Shown here: positions 1-12,668 of the stretch, piece after piece | How the letters are laid out: each line of letters opens with the position of its first letter | How positions within the stretch are numbered: the first letter of the stretch is position 1 | Assembly: GCA_035221665.1 (NCBI GenBank) | Contig: CM069163.1 | Span: 7,130,001 to 7,194,000 of the forward strand | DNA: 64,000 nucleotides | Direction of reading: 5' to 3' | Source: Okamejei kenojei | Lineage: Eukaryota | Position numbers and translations under genes: made by a program | The notes under the pieces: model-generated | Databases searched by the model: none | The model's input: the letters and a program-made list of their open reading frames with translations, nothing else | Told to the model about the DNA's origin: nothing

Positions 1-744
1 TTCAGCATCTAAATTGTTAGAATTTACTAAGATCCGCAAAGCTTGAAGGAACAAATTACAATGAAACAAGCTCATCCAAGATTAACATTTTAAATCACTA
101 CACAATTTCCAGGGATGCTCAAATCAGTAGAGTTTTACACTCACAAATCCAAAAGGTGAAATTAATGACATTTCATGGATCAGGATCCTGAGTTTGCCTA
201 AAATAGTACTCAGTTTCTTCACACCCTTCACTTTCTCTATGTTTAAAAGTAATTTTAATTGGTAAAAATACAGTACAAAATTGAGTTGCTGAAATTCCAT
301 GACAATCCTTTGCAGTTGTTACATTTTGAAGAGAATATTTCTTCAGAGGTGATGAAACCAAAAAATGTCCTCCCAGTCTCCCCAGAATACAGTACTACAG
401 TGGGGAGTGCCAAGGTCACATGGATGTAATTTCTAGCAGCCTGCAAAGGGTTGCTGACAGGCTAATGGAACAATTCATTGTTTGTCAATGTACTGGCTGA
501 GAAAAATAGTACTACGCAAGACAGCACCAACAAGGCAAAATTATTCAAATGAACAATTCAGAACGGTCGGATCAAAAAATTAGGACTATCCAGGGGAAAA
601 AACTCCCTCCTGCAAGAGCAATGATAAACTGGAATGGATCACGTGCAACTGAATGATGATGAGCCAGTTATAGAACCGGAACCAAAATTCTGTTCTTGTA
701 TGCCCTGTGCCAAACTTCAGCCCAGTATCATCAACAATTTCCAA

Positions 745-1300
745 TTACATAGTTTCTTTAATACAGCCAAGTATCCCAAGGCACGTTATAGAAGTGAATA
801 TACATTGAAACTATGAACACACTTCAGAAGGTGTTACAGCAGATGATCAAAATGTTAGTCAAAGACACGTGTGCTGATTTGAGAGAAATAGAGGGGAGTA
901 TAGAAGGAGGGCTTGGGGAAGGAAATTCTGGGGTTCATGTTCTTGGCAACTGATGGCAAATATCTATCATCGGGCAATCACACTACTTTGAAAATGATCA
1001 AGAAGTCAGAAGTAGAAGCATGCATTTAGCTGAAAAGAGAGAGTAAAGAGGAGGTTGCACTCAGATGCAGAGGTAAGATTACACTGTGATTTGAAAATAA
1101 GGGTGCAAGTTTAAAAACAAGAACTAATTTAAGATCAGTTAGCACAGGATGGCGACTTGGAGACTGATTTAGTTTGCATTAACTCTCTAAGGCAGCAGAG
1201 TTCTGAATGATGCTGTAGTTTACTGAGAATGAAATTACCCAGATGTTGTGAAGAGGTAATAAAAGAATGGATAAACGGGTTTCAGCAGACAAATTGGCTA
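745..1300 (-). mobile_element. Old L2-clade LINE 3' fragment
   Basis: Degenerate resemblance to the shark L2 3' region (gtatcccaaggcac...gatcaaaatgttagtcaaaga...ggggaaggaaattc). Confidence 0.5.
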
Positions 1301-1932
1301 TGTTGTCACAATACTCAGCTTGTGACCAAATTTCCCCTTCAGAGTTTTCCCTACCACTCTCTCAATGGCTGTTGTGGGATCAATCCACAAATGTGGATAT
1401 AGGATAAGAAACTGCCACTTATTTTGTACTTTGCTGCAGACACCACCCCAGGAAGCTCTGAAGAGATTTTAACATACATGTTTGTTCATTTTAGTGCACA
1501 ATCCTTCCTGAGATTTCATAATCTCTCTATAGTCTTTGATGCACACTATTCCACCTGCAAAGCCTCTATGTTGACAATGGTGGTGCTGCCCTTGCCTAGT
1601 ATGACATGTTTCCATCAAGTTATACAAGAATCTCTTCCAACAGGCTCCCACTTCAGTGTCAAACAGAACACAAAATTGGAAACAGGCTGCTTAGCCCGAG
1701 GGAGTGGAATGGAATCGACAGTGAGAGAAGAGAATTTGTGAATGTGGTAGAAGATTTTTTTGGAAAAGTTAACTGGAGGAAATTGTGGTTCAGAAGGCTA
1801 GATATCAAACGAGCAATCTGACGGTACCGGAGAATGAAAACTGGGTGTCACCAGCACATGATGCCGATTGGCAACATACAAATGAAAAATAGGAAAGGTT
1901 AAGACTGAAAACACAAAGTGTTGGAGTAACAA

Positions 1933-3364
1933 TAGACAATAGGTGCAGGAGTAGGTCATTCGGCCCTTCGAGCCAGCACCGCCATTCAATGTGATCATCC
2001 ACAATCAGTACCCCGTTCCTACCTTCTCCCCATATCCCTTGACTCCGCTATCTTTAAGAGCTTCTCTCTTGAAAGCATCCAGAGGATTGGCCTCCACTGC
2101 CTTCTGAGGCAGAGAATTCCACAGATTTACAACTCTCTGGGTGAAAAAGTTTTTCCTCATTTCCGTTCTAAATGGCCTACCCCTTATTCTTAAACTGTGG
2201 CCCCTGGTTCTGGGCTCCACCAACATCAGGGACGTGTTTCCTGCCTCTAGCGTGTCCAAATCCTTAATAATCTTATATGTTTCAATGAGATATCCTCTCA
2301 TCCTTCTAAATTCCAGTGTATATAAGCCCAGTCACTCCATTCTATCAACATATGACAGTCCCGCCATCCCAGGAATTAACCTCGTGAACCTACGTTGCAC
2401 TCCCTCAACTGCAAGAATGTCCTTCCTCAAATTTGGAGACCAAAACTGCACACAATACTCCAGGTGTGGTCTCACTAGGGCCCTGTACGATTGCAGAAGG
2501 ACCTCTTTGCTCCTATACTCAACTCCTCTTGTTATGAAGGCCAACATGCCATTAGCTTTCTTTACTGCCTGCTGTACCTGCATGCTTACTTTCAGTGACT
2601 GGTGAACAAGGACCCCCAGATCTCGTTGTACTTCCCCTTTTCCCAACTTGACACCATTCAGATAATAATCTGCCTTCCTGTTCTTACCACCAAAGTGGAT
2701 AACCTCACATTTATCCACATTAACCTGCATCTGCCATGCATCTGCCCACTCACCCAATCTGCCCAAGTCACCCTGCATCATCGTTGAATCCTCCTCACAG
2801 TTCACACTGCCACCCAGCTCTGTGTCATCTGCAAATTTACTTTTAAATTCTTTTTAATCCCTTCATCTAAATCATTAATGTATATTATAAATAACTGCGG
2901 TCCCAGCACACTAGCCTTTCAGTACCATACTAGTCACTGCCTGCCACTGCCCGGCGGGGGTTTCAACATCGACAGCCTTGATACAGCAGTTTGACTGCCT
3001 GGCCGCGCGTGGGGGAAGAAGCAGGGAAGAGAAAGAGTTTTTGCCTTCTATCACAGTGAGGAGGCGCCTGGAGATTCACTGTGATGGATGTTTGTGTTAA
3101 ATTGTGTTCATTGTGTGTTTTGTTGCTTTTTGCTGTCATGATTGCTTGGTACAAAATGTTGTTCAAACTTGCTTGAATGACAATAAAGGAAATTCAATCA
3201 ATTCTGAAGGGACCCGTTAATCCCTACTCTTTGTTTCCTGTCTACCAACCAATTCTCTATCCATGTCAGTACCCTACCCCCAATAACATGTGTTCTAATT
3301 TTGCCCACTAATCTCCTATGTGGGGCCCAATCAAAGGCGTCTCCTATATGGGACCTTATCAAAG
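1933..3364 (-). mobile_element. CR1-clade LINE 3' part (RT C-terminus plus 3' UTR), interrupted at about 2949-3200
   Basis: ORFs 2332-2805 (WQMQVNVDKCEVIHFG...RDLGVLV...LVRPHLEYCVQFWSP) and 2005-2301 (TRGHSLRI...FFTQRVVNLWNSLP) are typical CR1 ORF2 ends; LINE sequence resumes at about 3201. Confidence 0.92.
2949..3200 (+). mobile_element. 3' end of a GC-rich non-autonomous retroposon inserted into the CR1
   Basis: gccttctatcacagtgaggagg...ggatgtttgtgttaaatt motif shared with 8150-8602 and 35372-36105; ends gacaataaa plus a short repeat tail. Confidence 0.65.
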
Positions 3365-3573
3365 CAGATCAGGGAGCATCTGTGAAGGGAATAGATAAGA
3401 CACGTTCAGGTTGGAACCCTTCTTCTGATGAAGGTTGACTGATTTCTGACTGATGTAGGAAGAGTCCCAACCTGAAATGTCACCAAACTATTCTCTCCAC
3501 AGATGCTGACCTACTGAATTACTCCAGAACTTTGTATTTTGCTCAAGATTCCAGCATTTGCATCCCTTGTGTC
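3365..3573. mobile_element. Degraded fold-back PLE-terminus-derived element
   Basis: gcatctgtgaagggaatag...acccttcttc is inverted relative to cccaacctgaaatgtcacc...ctccacagatgctg...ccagcatttgca. Confidence 0.6.
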
Positions 3574-3883
3574 ACCAAAGGTTAAGACTAAATAATTGTG
3601 GTGGAAAGGTTGAGGGTCAGGGGTGGAGGTCGGGGTGGGGTGAGAATAGAGCCAAAAGAAGCCATCACCCATCACAAGGAATTATTTGTAGACTAGAGGC
3701 AAGAGAAGTAAGAGGCAAGCCCTCTCAACATAGTGTTGGAAGTAGTAGTTGGAGCGGTTAACTGTATTAAGAGTTACATGCAGTGCATGAACAGTAATGG
3801 TTATAATAAGCAGAACTATGTTTGTTATTTTATGTGTCAGGGCATATGGTGATAACTAAGGTAAGGGCAGCATAGATGCTGTG

Positions 3884-4220
3884 TCACGGACGGCAGTTAG
3901 CACTGCAGCCTCGCAGCTCCAGTCCTGACCTTAAGTGTTGTCTATACCAGTAGATTTCTAATATTTTGGAAGAATCATTTGATCACCACAGTGCGCACAT
4001 TCGCCCTATCAACTGCATGGGATTCTGCATCCGAAAGATATGGGTTAATTTGGCTCCTGCAAAAATTACCCCATGGTGCAATTAAGTGGTAGAAAGAGCT
4101 GAAGAAGAGTTGATGGCGTTAAAAAAAGAGAATAAATTGCAGGGTACACAGGACACAGGATTGAGACTGGTTGGGATTGTTCTGCTGACTCATGGGGTTG
4201 AATAGCATCTTACTGCTTCA
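3884..4220 (+). mobile_element. Degraded tRNA-derived V-SINE (HE1-like)
   Basis: gttagcactgcagcctcgcagctccag...cctgacct...gttgtct head and ccgaaaga...gggttaatttggc V-domain remnant. Confidence 0.55.
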
Positions 4221-4509
4221 TAGTGAGGACGTAACTTCTCTTTGCAAGTCAGACGTCATGTTTACTCCAGCTTGGTTAATTCAGTAGCTACTGATTGGGG
4301 CTATTTTTTTAAATTGTTGACACTCTGTGCACAGTAAAATGATGTAGGATTGGCCTATAGAATAATGCTGCCCATTGCAATGAGTTGCTTTACTGTCCAA
4401 CTGAACATGAGTGATCGAGGATGCAGGACCTCTGAAATGATGCCTGGAACATATTTCTTGAAGGTCGCTGTGTGGCTTGGAGGACAATTTCAGGGTGTGT
4501 AATTTGGTC

Positions 4510-4728
4510 TGGATTTTGCTAAAGATAGAAAAGGGGACAAGCAAACAATGTAATGGGGGGGGGGGGGGGACACAAGCAAACAAAGCAACCGAGTAGATTA
4601 GTCAGAGCATGAGATGTTTATGGTCCAGGCGAATTCTGTTCACTGTTTCTATTCCCCGATCTACCCCCCCCCCAAACCCCTCCATTGCTTTGTTTGCTTG
4701 TCCTCCTTTCTATCTTTTGTAAACTCCA
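4510..4728. repeat. Imperfect inverted repeat (about 55-65 bp arms), MITE-like
   Basis: tggattttgctaaagatagaaaaggggacaagcaaacaatgtaatg(G)n pairs with (C)n...ccattgctttgtttgcttgtcctcctttctatcttttgtaaactcca. Confidence 0.7.
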
Positions 4729-5121
4729 CTGATATTTATAAAAATGGAGGGAAGGACAAATAGGAACCACTCAAGAAAATGGGTAAAAAATACAAAATCT
4801 CTTGAGAAATAAACTTTTCAGAACAGCATCGTAAGCTAAATTCTGCATAGTATTAGACACAATTTTCTGAGAGTATTAAAGGAATAATAAAGATGGAAGA
4901 TAGACATATGGAGTGCAATTTTATCAACTTGATAGGAAGGAAAGCCACAGGATTCAGGGACTTCAATGGACATGTTGTATAATAGTGCAGCACTCAATTC
5001 CATTACATTTCCAAAGAGTGGATTGAGTTTAAAAATGCCTAAGTGTCATGGAGAGATGCAGCATGAAAAAAGCCCCTTTGGCTCACAGAGTCCACACTAG
5101 CCATCAATCACCCATTTGTAC

Positions 5122-5215
5122 GTCTGAAGAAGGGTCTCGACCCGAAACGTCGCCTATCTCCTTCGCTCCTTAGATGCTGCTGCACCCGCTGAGTTTCTCC
5201 AGCTTTTTGTGTACC
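5122..5215 (+). mobile_element. 94-bp PLE-derived mini-element with hammerhead-like core and 13-bp TSD
   Basis: gtCTGAAGAagggtctcgacccGAAACGTCgcc...ttttgtgtacc flanked by cacccatttgtac (5109-5121 and 5216-5228). Confidence 0.85.
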
Positions 5216-5287
5216 CACCCATTTGTACTAATCCTGCGTTAATCCTATATTCCTATCAATTCTCTCCAGATTCTATCACTCTATAAC

Positions 5288-5800
5288 ATCATCATCGGCG
5301 GTCACTAGAAACTAGTGACTGTCCTCTCCATAGTGTCGTCTACTTGTGGTTCTACAGATGTCTGTAGAGGCCGATCCGCGATCCACACACCTTGGTGCAA
5401 CGTGGGCAGTGGAGACTGGCGGTGGTCGGTAGTCGTCGAGCCCCCTTCTCTCCCTCTTTACGGTGCTGTCGTTTTGTCTCTGCGACACGGCGTAGTTCCA
5501 TTTTGTGAAGCGCAGCTCCTTCCTGCAAGGATTTCCTCCAGGAGCGCCTGTCCAGTGCAATGTGCTCCCAATTGCTCAATGTGATGTGGAATTTCTTCAG
5601 ACTGTTTTGATGTTGTCCTTGAAGCGTTTCTTTGGCCCGCCAGAGGCTCGCCGACCTTCCTTCAATTGAGAGTGTAGGATTTAGGGAGACATATGTTGGA
5701 CATGCGGGTGACATGGCCAGTCCATCGAAGTTGGTGCTGCATTATTGTGGTGCTGATGCTGGTCATGTTGGCTTCCTCCAAAACGCTGATGTTGGTGCGT
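5288..5800 (-). mobile_element. RTE (BovB-like) LINE 3' fragment
   Basis: Minus-strand peptides SLKKFHITLSNWEHIALDRRSWRKSLQEGA and HCPRCTKVCGSRIGLYRHL (RTE C-terminal Zn finger); (TGA)n tail at 5288-5296. Confidence 0.85.
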
Positions 5801-6134
5801 TTGGTAATTTGGTCATTTACACAGGTCAATTAATATCTCAATTTACAGATCTTTGAGATGTAGGAGTATACACGCATGGTTTCAGGTAGAACTTGCAAAC
5901 TCCACACAGACAGCACCTGATGTGTGCATTTAAGTGAGGTGATTGCTGTGAGGTGGGTCTCTGGCACTGTTGGGCAGCAACTTTACCAGCCGCGCAACTC
6001 TGCTGCACATTGTTACTACTTCATGTACACTCGTGCTGGTCAAAAACATTGGCAGAAAATCAGGAAAAGAATCTGCAAAGCAACTCCCCATCAATATCCC
6101 ATTTGCTGAAATACCAGTCAAAGGTTTCTCAGTT

Positions 6135-6530
6135 ATAGAGTAATACAACGCAGAAACTGCCCATTTGGCCCACCAAGTCCATACCGAGCCTCGTACCCAT
6201 CTATACAAATCCCATTTTCCAGCACTTTGCCCATAGCCTTCTATGCCTTAAGTGTACATATTTCCACTCCCCTTTTAGACAATTGTTCCAGGCTGCAACC
6301 ATCCTCTGCATTGAAAAATCCTCCATCCTGGTAAATCTCCTCTGCATCCTCTCCAGTACAACCTCTGTCGATCTATACTGTGGCTACTAGAACTACACTG
6401 CGGCTACTAGAACTACACTGCAGCTGAGGCCTAAATGATGTTTTATATAATTGTACCATAAGCCCCCAGCTTCTGTATTTTATGTCCCAGCCATTGAAGG
6501 AAAGTATCTTAAATGACTTGTTAAAACTAC
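6135..6530 (-). mobile_element. Decayed CR1 LINE 3' fragment
   Basis: 3' tail (acgcagaaactgcccatttggcccacc) and internal ctggtaaatctcctctgcatcctctcc; 20-bp tandem duplication at about 6382-6421. Confidence 0.65.
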
Positions 6531-7232
6531 CTTTGCATCCAGAATGCCCTCTTACCCCCCTAAGAAAATAGATGGTTGCTTAATTGGCTATTCCAGACTG
6601 AAGTTAAAAGAAATGTGGGGAGATTAAAATGGTATTGATGTAGGTTAGTATAGATTTGTTTTTGATAGTCATACAAGACCTCTTTCCATGCGGAAATAAG
6701 TACATTTTCATAAATGATCCAGGTACAAGAGGTTTAAATTCCTCTTAAAATTGGAATACTCATTTATAATTAGCAATTTTCTAACAGAACCACTTGATGT
6801 CATTTATTAAATATGGAAATAAAGATGCATGCTTTAAATATTTTGTTAAGTATAATTATACTCTAAAGATGCTTTTATGAAATTAGCAGCCAAAATCTCA
6901 TCAAATTGCATTAAAGTATGGTTGATCAGCTCTTCTAAGCCATTTTCACATTTGGTGGTTTCTGCTTTCTGATTTACAGCATCTGCTGCACTATTCGGGA
7001 CCCAGTTCTGGACAGATTGACTCTGATCACAATCTTGAAGGTTTGTGTATTTGCAAATAACATGAGTTTTCAGCAGTGTGTGCACGCATGGAAGTATTGG
7101 CATAAATCTGCAGTGGCATATGTCCATTCAATGAATGTTAATAAAGTTTTGGGCTCAGCAGATCAGGAAGCATCTTCACACCAACATAAGGACAATGTGC
7201 ACAGTAAATCTGCCATGCTTATCTTCAGATTA

Positions 7233-7580
<348 letters not shown>

Positions 7581-8149
7581 CTATGTACAATGCAATTTCA
7601 AATAAGGCTGATAGCCAGAAGTGTATTCCTACTAGTAACATTAACTGTACATTGCATCCTGTCTCAGAAATTCATGGAAATAAATTCCCAAAGCAACACA
7701 CGTGATGCTGGTACTATGCATATACTCTATTATTATTATTGACCAAGGTTAAATTTCAGCTCTTGAGATCTAATCCCTGCAATGGAAAAAGGGTAGGATT
7801 ATTTTGCGATAGCATTAAAAATTCCTGTTTTCCAAGCCTCAAGATCATACTTTAATTTTTCTTAATTTTATGCTCCAAGACTCCCTTTGTTTAAACAGGG
7901 TTGCTAAATTCATAACCTGTTAATTTTTCATGCTAAATTTCCTTTGAGGAATTGCTTAATACAAAATAGACAAGTCCACCTTTTTGCTGCTTCAAATTTT
8001 AGGCAATGATTTCCTGAATCAGAACCAAAAATAATTCTCAATAGCCATTCATAACATAAATCAAAAGTAAAGCCTTCTACGCTGCAGTATCTTTTTACTC
8101 CTATATCATGGTTCATTTTAGCAGAACCTTTGTGTTGTTAATTTATATA

Positions 8150-8602
8150 CAATGGCATCTGCGGGTGCTGCGAGACGGCTGCCCTGCCAGCAGCGTGTTC
8201 ATCAATTCTACTTTTTTTGTCTTTTTAATGTGTCCAAATGTGTGTTTTATGTATCTTGGTGTGTCTAGTGTGGGGGGTGGTGAGGGGGGGTGGTGGGGGG
8301 GGAGGGGGGAAATGCTTTTGGTCGCCTTCTTCACGGAGAGGCTACTTTTTCCATGTCGCCTCCCTCGTGGCCTAACACCGTGGATTGGTGCGGCCTTTCC
8401 TGGAGTCGAACCCGGAGTTTCAGCAGCGGGTGCAGCAATGGAGGAGGACTAACTGTACTTTGTGCCTTCCACCACAGTGAAGAATGCTGTGGTGGATGTT
8501 TGTGTTAATTTTTTATTGTGTATTATGTATTCTTTTTTGATTGTACCGCTGCTGGCAAAATTCATTTAATGAATAACTTGATTGATTGATTGATTGATTG
8601 AT
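8150..8602 (+). mobile_element. GC-rich non-autonomous retroposon with (TTGA)6 tail
   Basis: Shares ctcgtggccta, gcggcctttcctg and gccttccaccacagtg motifs with the minus-strand copy at 35372-36105. Confidence 0.65.
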
Positions 8603-10989
8603 CTGAAAATTCAAGTAAAAAGATGCAAAAAATTAAAAAAAGAAACATCGCAGATGTAACCAATACATTTTTTTCTAATTGATCTGATATCACAGTAATA
8701 CCCTCAAGGCTTTGTCTGTGCGGACTTAAAAAGGACAGAACCAATTTTGTACATTATCACAAAAATACATGACAAGGAACATATACAACATGTGCTGTAG
8801 TCGGAGGTTATAGTAGCTCAAGGACACCAGTGTTTGTCGGGGTACTAAATTTCAAATTCAGTGGTCACGATTCTAATAAAAGTTAGAGAATTCACTCAAA
8901 CAGTAATAATTTCCAGATGCACAGGGTGCTGAAGGCATTTCATTGCCCTGCAGTAAAGGTTAAGGGCAATCTGGCTCCGTGAGCCCCTGCTATCTAATGG
9001 TATAAGCTCCATTCCAACACCTGATTTACAGTAACTGCATTTATCAGCTCTCTCTAATAGCATGTCTGTAAATTCCCTCTAAGCAACATGCAACAGTTTC
9101 ACCCGCATGAGAGAAAGAACAATATATTTTTATAAATAGGGTTATTCCCGAGTATTCTTACACTTAGAATAGAGCAAGGAGAGTTGCTGAACTTCAACGA
9201 GGGCTCAAAATGAGCAACTGTAGGCCAGCCACTTGTCTAATTTCACGTCTAATTCCAACCCTTTCTGAGATTGCTAGGTTTCCGGCATGGACAAATTCTC
9301 CTCACCATTCTTCCAACTAATCAACTGAGAAATCCACATGGATACATATGTTATTTGTCCAGAGTGCGACTTTTAGTTTTTCCTTCATCAGAAAGTTATC
9401 AACAGCTAGAGTTTGGTAACTTGGCCTGAAATGTATGTAAAGCTGCTCCCACTAACATCTCCTCCAGAATTATCATTTTCGCTCACAACGTTTTACCACC
9501 CTCTTTCATCAGGTCATCTCAATTTTACCACAACTCTCTTCGGTTTTGTTATTTATTTTCAGCGACTGCAACATTTTGCTTTTGATTTAGCTTGTTGAGA
9601 TTACCCAGCAAGGAAACAAGCCATTTACCCAAAGGAAGCATTTTAGTGTAGTCCAGCCAGAACTATTTCATGCAAGTTTAGGGTAAGCTAGAGGCTAAAA
9701 ACAGGCTTACAAATACTGCTGATTTATCTGGCTTAACTATCCAATTACCTTCACCATTCTGCAATAGTTCCAATCTAGTCACCAGCCAGTCCATCTTGGA
9801 CCCAGCTATTCCCTTAAAACAATGCATAACCTGCCTTTCTGGTATTACTGGCAAAGGAAGTGTGAAGTATTATACCCCTGCTTACAGTGACAGGCAAGTG
9901 AAACCAGGCTTTGATATATGTGCTCAACATTATATTTGCTTTTGGATAACTTGTCACGGCAAAAAAAGCAAAACTGTGTGTTTAGCTGCTGATATATCCT
10001 ACTTAACATGATATTAGTTAAAAATGTATTATTTTATGAACTGGGCAGCTAAGGATATCAAGAGGTTTGTATACGGCACTAATACTGGATTGTTGATGCC
10101 AGTGGGTCAAAGAGTGCCTAACAAGTCCAATTTTGAGTGGTGAATGAGCAGTTGTGGATCACACAAGTGGGAATGAGTGCAACATTACAAAACAAAAGAG
10201 CCACTGCAAAATAAAGAGCTACACCTACATGTAAATATTAAAGACTACTTTGAATATGACTAGTCAAATATCATAAACGAGCAAATTTATGAATGCAAAA
10301 TGTGATTTGCTATTGGGCATTTTCCCAACATCACTGACGCATGCAACTCCTCTAAACCAGCAATTCATGTGTGATTAATTAGAATATTTCATTTATACTG
10401 TGTGCACTTTAGCTCATTACTCTAAGTAAAATTTGTTAAGTATTTACATTTAGATAATTAAAATCTGGTTACACCCTTAAGAAACATGTATGCTCTTCAG
10501 GCAAAAGCTTTTGTGACTACTTACAGTAAATTACCAATTTAAATTACATCACTGCCTGCCTCAATATAGTCTCATTGATGCCGCATTTTGTACCAGGGGA
10601 GACTGCTGTAAATCAGACAGCACTTGCCCTTTAAGGAGCTAGTTTTCCAACATCATTTCTTCTAACACTCTCTCAGATTTAAAAAGAAATAAATCATCAA
10701 CCAGTGTCACAGAGTTACTTCTGTGCAGAGTGACAGACTCAAAAGACAATGGAGGAAAGAAATTGGGATTGTTAGCGGCCATTTTATGAGTGCCAGGGTG
10801 TCCTAAGAGTTCCAAAACATCACCCTCAATACACACGCCTAATGGTGGGGCAATAGGCACCTGATGCCATTGTTGACAGCATAAATGACTATTCAATGTA
10901 TATACACATTGAAGGCCAATCATGGCATTAACCAGGATTCAATGTTAATCTAACTGCATAGCAGCATTCTGGAGTTCAGCTAACACCCT

Positions 10990-11079
10990 CTCTGAAGAAG
11001 GTCTCGACCCAAAACATCACCAATTCATTCTGTCCAGAGATGCTGCCTGTCCCACTGCGTTACTCCAGCATTTTGTGTT
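10990..11079 (+). mobile_element. PLE-derived mini-element (mutated hammerhead-like core)
   Basis: ctCTGAAGAaggtctcgacccaaaacatcacc...gagatgctgcc...actccagcattttgtg. Confidence 0.75.
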
Positions 11080-11090
11080 AAAATGCGGGT

Positions 11091-12012
11091 TTCCCTTGCC
11101 AACCGGAATTATATTTTCCTGGAGTGCGAGCTTTTTCTGGAGATTCGTTCTGACTGCCAGTAAGTGAATTTTTTTTTTTTTAAATCGCCCGACTATTTCA
11201 GCACTGCAGTAAAATAAAAGTTAGTTCCTAATGCCGTGAACGCCGACAGATTTTACGTAGGGGACAGGTAAGCGAAAGCTGTTTATTTTTTCATATAAAC
11301 TTGCTTGTTTAGATGACCTTAATCAACATTTCATGTTACGAAATGTTGATTTATTCCCCATATGAACCGGCAGTATTTTCCCTGCCGATATTGGGTTTAA
11401 ATTCACCGCAACCGCAACGTTCCAATCCATCGCGTTCGAGAAAATCCCACTCGCAATGGCCATTAATTTACGGGCATTAAACACTATATTCCTTCAATTT
11501 GGCTTATAAATTAATGATAATTAGATTTAAAAATCATGTTATATTGTGAATTCTTGTGTGAATGTTATTTGGACACTTAGGCTTTTAAAAAAATGTTAAT
11601 ATTCTCTTAAGAAATAGATAGATGTTTAGATCTAGTAATTGAATTTTGTAATTAGCTACAATTGGGTAACTAACTAATTAAATGCTTTAATTTCAGGTCA
11701 TCCAAGTAAGATTGTTTCATATTTGTTTCAGAAAGCTTCAATCTATAATAACTGAAAATGTCTTTCAGTTCTCTTAATTTTTAAGAAAGTTATGGGCTTT
11801 TGACTGTCCTCGATCACAACTTTTGTGTTAAGTCAATGGAAAAGCAATAGGGAACAAGATGCTAATTTCCGAGTATGAAAATGGCCATAACCTTTTTAAT
11901 ACTGAAGATAGGAAAGTGAATTAGGTGTCAAATTAAACTTCTTTTTATGCTTTATCTGATGGGATAAATTGCAGACTTGATTTTTTAAATCTCAAAATTT
12001 TATAACATTGCT
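11091..12012. mobile_element. Unclassified interspersed repeat, probably DNA-transposon-derived
   Basis: CpG-rich then AT-rich block distinct from its flanks; bounded by aaatgcgggt (11081-11090) and aaatacgggt (12013-12022). Confidence 0.45.
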
Positions 12013-12239
12013 AAATACGGGTAGGAGATTTAACTCCCTATGAACATTGGCAAATCAGATGCATTTTTACAACAATCATATAAATTTACAGTCATTAAAG
12101 CTAATCATATTTTCATTATGGATTTAAGTACGAATTTAAGCTTTCTAACTGTGTTGGGATTCAACATTTTGTATATCCTAAATATATTTAAAACAATAGT
12201 CTGGGACTTTTCCTACCCTATCAAAGACTTGTAGTTAGT

Positions 12240-12652
12240 TGTTGCTTGATTCCGATCAGTTATTTTCACAATTTGACAGATGCTCTCCACCATTGGAGCA
12301 CTGCAAGCTAAATGTTGAAGGACTTCTTGCCAATCGTAAGGCAATTGTACAAACCAAATGTCCCAAAATGCTTTCCTGCATCCTTCAGGTTCTTGTACGA
12401 ACCTGCACACCCCTAAGTCACCAATTGAACACTCCTTGCACTATCTAGGACTGGTTTTCTCATTATGTTTTGCACAAATGTCTCATTTATTTCAGACGTT
12501 TTTGCACTGTATGGTAGATGTTACATATAATTTATGTAGAATTTGTTTTATGTGTCGCCCAAATCTATGTGCCTGTGTTGCTGTGGCAAGCAAGACTTTC
12601 ATTGTACCTATGCCTCTCCATTCTTGTGCATATGACAATAAACTCAACTTGA
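12240..12652 (+). mobile_element. Decayed Rex1/Babar-type LINE 3' end
   Basis: 3' UTR-like tail tgtggcaagcaagactttcattgtacc...gacaataaactcaacttga. Confidence 0.5.
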
Positions 12653-12668
12653 GGTAAAATAAGAGTAA

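Larger units (their letters stand above)
5052..5922 (-). mobile_element. HE1-like V-SINE split by two younger insertions
   Basis: Tail (gcagcatgaaaaaagcccctttgg...gagtccacac) at 5055-5110 and head (tgcaaactccacacagacagcacc) at about 5893-5918. Confidence 0.7.

Noticed and set aside
444-479. Minus-strand NELFH*PVSNPL resembles the PBX homeodomain segment NEYFYSHLSNPY
   Set aside because: In-frame stop, no similarity on either side and no fitting splice sites; most likely chance. The true homeodomain exon probably lies left of the window.
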